Position numbers and translations under genes: made by a program. 64,000 bases of DNA from Chlorokybus atmophyticus. Taxonomy: Eukaryota; Plantae; Mesostigma and Chlorokybus algae. The notes beneath the pieces were generated by a model. That model was not told where the DNA came from. It did no database searches and saw only the letters and a list, made by a program, of their open reading frames with translations. The stretch covers positions 284,994 to 348,993 of the forward strand of contig RHPI01000890.1 of assembly GCA_009103225.1 (NCBI GenBank). The letters run 5' to 3'. Position 1 is the first letter of the stretch. Every line of letters begins with the position of its first letter. Below, in pieces: positions 50,576-61,104 of this stretch.

Positions 50576-50680
50576 AAGTGGACAGTCGCAAATGGTCGGC
50601 GGCTGTCAATGTATATTGACAGCCGGCTGTCCATGTACATTTTAACTTGACAGCCGCCGACCAGTTGCGGCTGTCCACTT
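50576..50680. repeat. Long imperfect inverted repeat with a nested inner hairpin, followed by a (TA)n tract
   Basis: Arms 50578-50609 and 50647-50678 match at 30/32. Inner hairpin GGCTGTCAAT-GTAT-ATTGACAGCC at 50601-50624. Confidence 0.9.
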
Positions 50681-50686
50681 GTGGCC

Positions 50687-50717
<31 letters not shown>

Positions 50718-51690
50718 AAATGGATATGTGTATACATATAAATATATATGTATATATACATATATACATATATATATACATGCATATGTATGTATATGTT
50801 GATAAATATACGTGTGTGTGTGTGCATGTAGGAATAGGCTTAAGGTATGCAAGCAAAAATCGTTGACATATTGCGGCCGCAATTTGCAGCCGTGCAATTA
50901 CTTCATATTTATTATTTTATGTACATACATTGTTGTAAGTATATTGATGCGCACACACATGTGCAGTAGACCTTTCATATGCAGAATTAATAACATCTCA
51001 AATAGTATATAAGAATATGTTTGTACAAAGTGTTATGATTACTGTACAATTACAGTTTAAAAAAATACTTATATCAAATTTACATCCATGCGTTGCGCGT
51101 GTTAATTACATTATATATAGTTCGTTGGTTATTACATTATCATAATGTTCACAACCGTTAACATCATACCATGAATACATATGTTGATGCTGTTCGCATG
51201 TTGCATTGCTAGGCGTAGTTTATGGTATGTTTGGTTTTAATGATTTGTACGAAACGAAAGCGCAAGCAATGTCAGATGTTATGACTTGTAGCCTTACTTG
51301 TATAACCTCATAAATGGCCTACAAAAGCCTCATGCGACCACAGAATCATCGACAGCCCGATAAGGTACACTGGCTGCATTGACAGTCGCAATTTGGCTAC
51401 TATCACTAAGCATTGTCACAATGACAGCCCCTAACAAGTCTACAAACTGTACTGGCGTATTGACAACCGCCGAGTTCGCGGCTACCGGTATGTAGTTTAC
51501 CACCGTCCATGTAACTGGTACAGCCTATAAATGCTACATGCATAGGCTCAGCCTATGGGCCTATAAAAGTGACACACAATCTCCGACTGTCCATCGGCAA
51601 TTACTGCCGCCGGCCGACAGTCGCCAAGCGGCTGTCGGCGCATGCAATAAACTACATGACATAGGTTGCCATGCGACCCTACCGGTACGT

Positions 51691-51763
51691 GCACTTGTAG
51701 CTTAGTGGTTAGGGCGTCGTCTTTGATATGCTAAAGGTACTGGGTTCGAATCCGGCCGATGCG
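51691..51763 (+). pseudogene. tRNA-derived sequence (tRNA pseudogene or SINE head), possibly Gln(TTG)-like
   Basis: A-box TAGCTTAGTGG and B-box GGTTCGAATCC at tRNA spacing. Acceptor, anticodon and T stems pair only partially. Confidence 0.65.
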
Positions 51764-52184
51764 TGTGTTCTTGACTAATCATTCCACTAACTCCGCGGAG
51801 CTGGCCGCGGCCTCCTGCGCCGCAGGTTGGGCGTGGCCGGTGCCGCCGGCAAAGATGCCTCAACTTTTACTGCAGTTGCACTAATGTTTCAGGCGGAAAG
51901 CTCAGTCTCGAGTCTCTGGCGTTTTTTAGGAGCCGCCGTAGAGCCGTCGATGTATATTGTGCTGCCGTGGCCAGCTGAGGGCAGTTGGATGAGTGGTTGG
52001 CTCGATGTGTTGGTAGGTTGACATGTGTAATATGCACGCGGCTTCACTCGCCGCGCCCATTTTCAGCCTGTAGTGATGCAGTGTGCCAGCGATATGTCAG
52101 CGCGTCGTCAGTACGGCTCGATGAGAGGCGTCATGCTGACGCGGTGCTGATCTTGGAGCTAACTGCGCTTGGCAGCAGGGTCGT

Positions 52185-52217
<33 letters not shown>

Positions 52218-52877
52218 NNNNNNNNNNNNNNNNNNNNNNNNNNNNNNNNNNNNNNNNNNNNNNNNNNNNNNNNNNNNNNNNNNNNNNNNNNNNNNNNNNN
52301 NNNNNNNNNNNNNNNNNNNNNNNNNNNNNNNNNNNNNNNNNNNNNNNNNNNNNNNNNNNNNNNNNNNNNNNNNNNNNNNNNNNNNNNNNNNNNNNNNNNN
52401 NNNNNNNNNNNNNNNNNNNNNNNNNNNNNNNNNNNNNNNNNNNNNNNNNNNNNNNNNNNNNNNNNNNNNNNNNNNNNNNNNNNNNNNNNNNGGAGTCAAC
52501 GGGGGGCGGGGGCGGGGGGGTGAAGGCTCAGGCTTATCTTGCAATCGCCCTTGAGACGGTACGTATTGACCATCTCGGGTGAGAGCGGGCTTGCCTTCTG
52601 CCTGATCCCTTACTTGCCAGCCTGTTGCGGTTGGTTGGTGAGGTCTGGGATGTGGGCGGCGGCGGCGGCGGTGAGGGTGGTGATTATGGTGAGCGGCGGA
52701 GTTGATGTTGTGGGAATTGCCGCTGCCGCTGTCGACACGGATGGCGAGGAGTTTGTGGCGTGTTTAGCGCCTAGCATGACAGGTATGTGGCGGAGGTGCC
52801 GTGGAGTGCTGGGCGAGGAGTGCGCGGGCGCTGGTAAGTCCAGAGTAGCAGACTAGAACAGAGAGTAGAACAGAGCA

Positions 52878-53180
52878 GAACATGCAGCGTCGCTGACTGG
52901 TGACCCTGGCTTTGTGTGCGTTTTCAATGTATGTGGGTTGTAAGTGATGAATTGCATGTAGAGTAGCAGAGTAGAAGAGGGTTGAACATGCAGCGTCGCT
53001 GACTGGTGACCCTGGCTTTGTGTGCGTTTTCAATGTGTGTGGGTTGTGAGTGATGTCATGGCATGTTTGCTTGCTTGTGTGCAGAACTGTAGCAGAGTGG
53101 AACTGAGTTGAACATGCAGCGTCGCTGACTGGTGACCCTGGCTTTGTGTGCGTTTTTACTGCGTGTGGGTTGTAATTGAT
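52878..53180. repeat. Three direct repeats with an identical 47-bp core in the Academ 3' region
   Basis: GAACATGCAGCGTCGCTGACTGGTGACCCTGGCTTTGTGTGCGTTTT at 52878, 52984 and 53110. Confidence 0.95.
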
Positions 53181-53314
53181 GCATTGCATGTTTGATTGCT
53201 TCTTGAGACCGGCTTTCAATGCGGTACAATCTTGCTTGGTTTGGCTCTTCCCAGCATTGTGCACAGCAGTTTGCATGCTGATGTTGACTGCCTGCTGAGG
53301 TATCCTGCTTGCTA

Positions 53315-56300
53315 TCATGACGTACAAGTGGACTGAATGCTGTTGTAGCTGCTGAAACTGTCGTGGCTGTCGTCGCTCGAGTAAGAATCTGTCTCTGTGC
53401 CATCCCCTCGTGCTGTTGCGGGTGCCGGTGTATGCATATCGTCTTCGTCGTCATCATCTTCGCTGGAGCTATCCTCGCTGAGCCCCTGAGTGCTGGTGTC
53501 GCTGGCATCGTGCTCAGTGCGCATGGGCGTCCCTGCAACCCCTTCAGGTAAGGAATTGTACATCTTATTGATGTTAAGTGCCTCTGCTTGATACGCTGTG
53601 CTTTTGCATGATTGACATGTTCATGTAACGACGGCTGTGCGTGTGTAATTGCACCTGTGGGTGTGGCCGTTGTTGCAGTCTGCGTGGGCATTGTGGCGCT
53701 GTTGTTGTTGAGGCAGTTGAGGCAACGACATGCTGTGGAGCACATTGTTCCAGCACGCTTGCATTTGCACTGATTGCCCTTGCACCCACTTTTCTTGCAC
53801 CCGCATCCTCGCAGGAGAAGACTCCTCCGCTGGCGTGCGGAGGCCATGTTGTCGGGGGTGTCCATCTCGGCCTTGTAACACCCCTCCTCCAGTATATAAC
53901 CATATGCTTCCAGGTCTGGCATGTTGAGTGTGGTGCTGCATGCTTGCATCCACATGTTGAACACCCACACGGACCTGAGGCAATGAAGGCGCAGGGCTTC
54001 CACGGTTGGCATGCGATCTGGCTCTTTCCAGATCGTGTGCCAGCTGCCATTGTGTATTGCCTGCAACCATTGGCTAATGGCAGAGTGTGATTCCGTGTCC
54101 CCGCTTAGGCCATTAACCTCCACAAACAAGGCTGCAGGACTGGTGGCCTGGAAACACCTGCGATGCTTCATGAAGTACGCGCTCCCAATCAGGCGCAGGT
54201 ACATTGCAATGTCTGTGCTGGCATCAAATTCACCAGCGGTCTGTGTTTGAATGGTAGTGATAAACTCAGTGTTTTGCATTAGGACCTCCTCCCAAAAGTA
54301 CACTTTGCTGAGTCCAGCAAAAAATGACGTATAGTCGCAGCCTGTGCCTGCGAACAGTTTCAGCATGAAGCGCGCTCTCTCTTCCTGAGGTATGAAGCGC
54401 AATTGTGGGCTGCTTTGCGTTGCGGACAACAGCAGATTCAGGTTGATGAAGGGTGGGCGGCTGGAAGCAGCGCTGGAAGAGGCAAGCTGGATATGTACTT
54501 GCTTATGTTTACCTGGTGTTTCCCTCCAGCTTTCTATCATTGCCAACCCTATCATTGTCGTGTCTGTATCAGGGCTGTAAATGAGAATGTTGGTGAATGG
54601 TGTCCGGTGTGCATGCAGCCAGACCCGACTGTCCGCCTCCGCGTGATTGCAGCTATACATCTGTGTCACACTGAACTGTGGTCCTGAATCTGTCATCTGC
54701 ACCACGCGTGCAGAGTCGCTGTACTCTTCGAGGTCGCTGCCACCTGCAAGCACCAGTTCCTGACCAACTCGAAGGTAAGGGGTCGCTAACTCTGGTACTT
54801 GCTGTGTAATCAAGCAGCATATTTGACGCTTGCGTAGTCTGTCTGCCAACAGTGTTCGCCAGCTGCGTGGCAGTGGAGTTTGTAGATGCAGAGGTTCTGA
54901 CTGAGTCCCGGTGCTGCGGAAGTGTGCATCGCGCCGATGCTGCAGTGATGTCTTGACGCCAGTGTTGTATGCCGGATCATCAAAAATGATGTGCATACTC
55001 TGGAGCGAGGGGCTGAAGAGTCTGGGCATGATCGCTGCGCGGAATAGGTGAGTGATGTAATCGCCAATGTTGTTGCACTGTGGTCCGGGTTGCATGTTGA
55101 TCATGAACATGCCCTCACTAATGACGCACTGGGTGTGTGCAGGAAATGTGCGAGACTGGCATTCCGGAGTGGAGTCAGCGAGTTTGTTGAGAAAAGTGGC
55201 CTTGTTGCCTTTGCGCATGAGCCCCTCCATCTCGAATAGTGCCTGAGGCACCTCCAGATACCTTGCGTGCACATCTTCCTTAGCACCCTCCTTCATGGCG
55301 AGCTGCTTCAGAACCAGTGTCTGCGCACAAGTTTAGGTCTGAATGCTCACAATTTTAGGGTTGCTGCTCAAAATTCTAGGGTTACTGCTCACAAGTTTAG
55401 GTCAGACTGCGCAAGCCGTAGGTGAATGGATATTGTGTGCATGCAGTTGGCTAACCGTTTCCCTGACCACCTTGGTCAGTGCCTTGGCTGTTCTGTTGAC
55501 AGGTTTGGGCTTTGCCATAGTTTTGAGGTTGTGTCTTCTGGTTACGCGCGCTGCAGGCACTCCTTGTCCATAGCGCTGATTGCAAAACAGTTGGAGTGCA
55601 TCCTGTCCTATGGCATAGTGCTTGGACAAGTCAGCAGCAACGCTGTCTGGCGCAACCTCGTTGCTGACGAGGTGCTTGTGCCTGCCTGTGTCGCCAGCAC
55701 TCAGCGCGCCAGCAGCACGCAAAACTGATGACATTGCTTGCAGTGTTTGCTGCGTTTTGTTGGGGTCATTCTTCCCGGCGTGCGGGTCGTGCCGCACCCT
55801 TCTGTACCCGGCAGGGCGCAGCTCCTCTCGCAATCGCTTCAACCCTTCAGCTCGGTACGTGCAGTAGACAGTCTTTGCACGGACTTGGTCAGTTGTGGGT
55901 CGTGCCAGTGCAATCTTCAAGTCTCGGTTTATCAGCGTCTCGTGTGCTTCATCGATTGCCACATTGCTGCCTGCTTTGCCTTTCATTGATATACTGAATG
56001 CTCCTTGCTGCATTGCCTGCAGGACATGTGGCGGCCAAGACATGGTATCAGCGTTGTGCCCGACCACCAAGCGCTGGTAGTGCGGTCTATCCCACGCAAA
56101 GTAAAGCGGGGCAAGAGACTTGTACGCAGCTATGCGCAGCTCCCAGTCACCAGTGCGGATGGCAATGAGGAGTGCTAGGTAAGCGGCACAATCTCTTTGC
56201 GTGAAGTGCCACCAGAAGGCCCAGGTCAAGTCATTAGCAGCACGCTCCTCTCCATATGCTTGAAAACCTTCTGCATGATGCAATGCCAACAACTGATCCA

Positions 56301-59300
56301 CGCTGCCTTCTTCACCGGGCCATTCAAGAGGCAGCTCTAAGACTTCGTATTGTGGGCTTGCAGCGAAGCACTCAAACTGACGTCTGAGCACTGCCTCGTA
56401 GGACTGAAGTAACAATGTGTTTGAGCGCTTCCAGTGGTGCCCATCCACCAACTGGTTGCGTGCCGACGCAGCTGCGAACCCAGCTGCCAGAGCCAGTGGG
56501 TCCACACCAGCATCAAAATAGATTTTGAAAACAACAGGCGTGGTGTTATACAGAGCGTGCCAGTCCCCCACGAAGGGTAAGACCCACTCCCAAAACACGG
56601 GGTCTTGTTGCTTGAGCATGTGCATGAGCGCCCAAGTTTTCTGGTCTCCGCCCACCACCAGGTAAGTCCCCCTGGTTGATTGCAGCTGCAGCTGTGTGGA
56701 TAGCTCCATAAGTGCCAATCTCAGATTGTCTGGACGGTCGGGGTTGTATGGAAGTAATGGTAGGTACACAACCTGACTGATGGGTGGGTCTGCAGCCTTA
56801 CTGGCCACCATGGTGTCTTTCAACTTGCATTCATGATCGCTCATAAACTGTTGGCGAGACAGCACAGAGTTGTGTGCCAGCTGTTTGAACTTGGCCATGG
56901 CCTCTTTCTCTGCGTCCGTTAATGTCACAATGGACTCAGGTTGTGGGCGATGGCGTTGCACATGCCCTGGCATCGGGGGGGGGGAACTGCAGGTACAGCT
57001 GGGGCACTCATGCCGCCCTCAGTCAGGGTCCTCCACCTAACATGCTGTTGCCACATCCCAGCAGGTCAGCACAATGCATCACAACTGTGCTCCACAATTG
57101 TACAACTATCTGTCAGCACATGTTTACCTCAACATGCTGTGGAAACGCATGGAGTTGCATGTTGCAGTCAGGCTGTGGCACCACTACTTGAGTGGTAGTG
57201 CAATGCAAGTCCTGGTCACCTCTGCCATGAAATCTGAGAGAGTGGGAGGTCTTGAAGTCCAAATTATCCATGGACGCTATCACGAAGTTGCCGTTGTCCA
57301 TATCAACAGGTGCTGGGTTGTTCAGCACAACATGCACCCGCGCTTGTATATGTCTGCGTGTGCACAACCAACTCAGGTTGGCATACCAGCTGTCATCTGA
57401 TCTAGCTGCTGACAGCGCTTGTATGAGCTCTCATCTCACCTGTTCAGTGTTGGCTTGCTGACGCAGATGTGAAGATGGTTCAACAATGTGAGCAACAGCG
57501 TGGATTTGCTGAGCCCATCTGTGGCATCAGCAAGTGCCAGGTGCAAAACTGAGTATGCCTTGTTGTTGCGGCTATAGAGTGCTGAAGCAAACAGGAATGC
57601 AGACTGGACTTGTAGCTCGCGAATGCGGCGCTGCGCACGTTCACCCTCCGCAACCCCCTGCATCCTTAGCCTCCTCTGCAAGCTTCCAAGACCGGTGAGA
57701 GCCTCAATCAGCTGTGACAGTACTGGGTTGGAGGGCTTGAGGTCCATGATTATGTTCAGCTTGCGCAGGTCTGGGACTCCCGCGGCATTGCACTTAGCAC
57801 GCTGGCGCGCCTCGTCAGTCATCAGCGCACTAATGCTGTCAAGGACTGCGTCACTCAGGCACATGTCACTTGAGTTGTTGACCGAATCAGCCGTAACAGA
57901 GGCTGCACTGCTGCTTGCACGCCCTGTGCCCTGAGCACCTGTGTGTGTTCCAGCCCTGCGCAGGAGGCAGTTGATTGGGTCCGACCACACCGCCAGGAGC
58001 AGCGACCCAAGACGCGGGGCAGATGTGTGCACTCGCAGCAAGTCTCCAAAAACTCGCTTGCATAACTCCATCAGCTGTCGGTTGGGTACTTTGAATGCAT
58101 CAGCTACCTCCCCCAAAAGCACACAAGCGTCCACCTCACCCACTTCCACTGCTACATGCTGGGCTGCACGCAGCAAAGGTGAGGTGCCTTGCAGCTCAGC
58201 CGCGCGCTCTTTCCACAACAGTTGCTGTTCTCCTATGCTGCGTGACGCCTCGCCGTCCTGAGTGCCTTGCGAATGTGAACCATGGCTTGCAGAGTTTCCT
58301 GCTGGTGGAACTGATGCTTTCAAGTCCTCTATCACCTGTGCATACTCCCTGGCTCTCCGACTCGCCTCTGCCAGTTTAGCTTCAGATCGTTGGATGATAG
58401 CATAGTAATCTACTATTTTAGCCTCTAAACCATTGGCCTTGTCTTGCATTCCCTGCATCATGCGTTCTGTCAATCTCCTAGCATGCATTGCATGCACACC
58501 TTGCTGCCTACCTGTCTTTCACCAGCCCACTGATGCTTTTGCAACTCCTCAACCTGTCTCTGCTGCTCTAAGTCCCTTTGCTTGTGGTTAGCTTCTCGCC
58601 TTAGGGCATCTGTTTGACTCAACAGTTGCACCTCCACTCTACTCCTCTCTGCTGCGTGTTGCTGAAACTCTTCAATCTTATCCTCAAATTCCTGTGTGTG
58701 GCCAGTAACTAGATGTACCCTACCTCACTGCATCAACAACCCAACATAAGCATGCATCAATAACCAACCGAGCAGACTGTAGTCAAAGCCTCGTTCTCGG
58801 TGCGCAGCAGGTCTGCCTCATCTCGCCAGCGTTCCACCGTGTCTTCCTGCAAATCCACACATGCACACAATATGTACTAAAGCTCAAGCACCAAGTTAGC
58901 CAACTCACATGTGCCACACCTCCGCAGCAGCCTCTTCGAATTGATGCATCACATCGTTGTGCTCCACCCAAGGTGGGGATTGCAGTTCTGGAGTTTGCAC
59001 GTCACTCACATCCCCATCCCAGCACGGGGGTTCATTGTTGTCATTGGTGTTATGGGTGTCGCCATTAGATGCGTATGCATCCAATAGACATTGCGTCTCG
59101 TGCAACCTATCTTTCAACTCTGCATTGGAAGCTAGACACTGATTGAGTTGCTGCTGGTTGCGCACACAAGATCTGCATGTTCGCACACGCTTGCCCACCC
59201 GCGCAGCAATGCCTGCACGCATGGCATACATTCAGACACTGCATGCACATCACCCACAGTTCAGAACGGGTCACACATTAATCACTTGGCACTAGAGTGG

Positions 59301-60323
59301 AACCTCCTAACATGCTGAGGCACACCTGGTGTGCCACTGGAACTCACTGGCGGTGTGAACTGAGAGTACACACTGCTAGTGTGTTGCGATCCCTGGCCTG
59401 GTCTAGCACCAGCAAGTCCTACAGGCCTAGGCACGCGTGATGCTGGAGGTGTTGACATGCTGTGTCGAGGCACTTGAGGCCGACCCACAGGTTGCACAGG
59501 CACAAACTCCCCCTGCACAAGCACTCTGGTCGGCAAGCAACCGTGCATGACGTGGCATGCTTCAGAACAACACGCACCTGAGGGGTCATGATGTACATCG
59601 TTTGTGCGGGCTCATGTATCTCTTGCCGACTGGGCACCGCTGCTGGTACCATCACCACTGGCTCAGCTTGCTCTTCGTTGGGTGACTGAGAGGCGTCCAC
59701 CTCTTCATCATGCTGCAGCGGGTCACTTGCTGGTTGTGAGCTTGCACCAGCAGTTGCTGGACCAGACTCACGAGCGCAGGACTTCTCCGATGTGTTGTTG
59801 GCAGCAACCTCTGCGGCATGCACAGCAGTTCCCACACGCTCGACAAAGTCACCCTGCACAACCACTCATTCACTAAGCGCACACACCTCACAGTGCTGTT
59901 GCTGGCATGCATTCTCACCTCGACCTTGGTGAGGGTGTCATCCACGGGATTCAAACGCCACATGCATCCGTGAGTCAATGCATATAGCTGAACTGTGTAC
60001 AAGGACTGCAAACTACTAAGCTTGCAGTCTCTACGCACAGTACCCCACATTTGTTCCTGGCGCTCACGCATGCGGGTCACAGAGTTCTTCTGGGAGGTGG
60101 CATGAGCCTTGCGCTTGGCGACATCATTCACCAGCGTCTTGCCAGCGCTGTGCAGTGCCTTGCGCTTGGGCTTCTTCTTCTTGGCCGATGGCGCGCCCGT
60201 CGTGGGCTGCTCGAGCTCGTCAGCTGCGGGGACAGCAGGACACTCCACCTGACTACACGGCACGCCATCTGCTTGCCTGCCATCAAGCCTAGCACCGCCG
60301 CCATCATCGGCGACGTCGCCCAT
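53315..60323 (-). CDS. Academ-type transposase fused to XPG/FEN1-like nuclease and Cys-rich CXC domain, spliced
   Basis: Long open exons (ORFs of 353, 523 and 746 aa). Transposase motifs SMDNLDF, VVGGDQKT...GDWH, AIDEAHE. XPG-like HAEADSRVWLH, YSPDTDT, GTGCDYTSFFAG. CGCKKSGCKGNQCKCKRAGTMCSTACRCLNC. N-terminal NLS-like AKKKKPKRK. One junction near the C10 run at about 56975 is unresolved. Confidence 0.85.
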
Positions 60324-60609
60324 CACGTCTCCCACACTGGCGCCAAACCAAGAAATTTGTCGAAACGGTTGCGCACATCACCAGCTGGTGGCGGCTGTGC
60401 ATACTGACATATCGCGGATTTGAAAAATGGAACCACGCGATAATAACACATAAAGGCGACAAGTCAGTTGCATATCACTCGCATGTCACGAGCATCTTAC
60501 ACAGCGAGAATACACCAGGACCGCTCGATGTCAAAAAAATCGCACGATCGCCCCTAAAGCTCGCCGCAGAAGCGTGTTGAGCTTTCCGCCTGGTTTACAA
60601 TGTTTCATA

Positions 60610-61030
60610 TTAAACTTCGGTCGATGGTCCGCTGGCCGGACCAGTTATGGAAGTATTGTGATGATTTTGTCCCTGGTCCCTGGTCGATGGCTGGACCATA
60701 CCTGGTCCTGACGCAACAGTAATCGGCCGGACCTTTGGTGGTGCGTACCAAGGGACAATGGTACCATTCACTTGAAATTCGGACCATGAATGGTCCGACT
60801 GTCGATGAAAAACCGACCATGCAAGGTCCACCGATTTCATTTAGCAGGGGGAAATCCCGGTCCTGCGTCATGGACCATTCATGGTCCTTGAACGTCAATC
60901 CGTGTGTTACCAATGGTTGTGTCGTAACATTTATGGTACGACAGAGGCATCTCTCGTCCAACCCCAGCGATTGCCGTACAATGGCTCTGTCGTACCATCC
61001 ATGGTACGACAGAGGCATTGCTCGATCAGC
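60610..61030. repeat. Second GGACC-N6-GGTCC palindrome array
   Basis: GGACCATGAATGGTCC (60781-60796), GGACCATTCATGGTCC (60872-60887), and the perfect hairpin CTCTGTCGTACCAT-CC-ATGGTACGACAGAG (60985-61014). Confidence 0.8.
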
Positions 61031-61104
61031 CCAAATGGGAGTTAGCATGCACTCACCCAAACATGCTTCATTGACGGCCGGATGATGGCACGCAGGGGCA
61101 GTAG

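Larger units (their letters stand above)
51890..60592 (-). mobile_element. AcademX-type DNA transposon, 8703 bp
   Basis: Perfect 15-bp TIR CAGGCGGAAAGCTCA (51890-51904) / TGAGCTTTCCGCCTG (60578-60592). 4-bp TSD GTTT at 51886-51889 and 60593-60596. Encloses a transposase-XPG-Cys gene. Confidence 0.85.
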
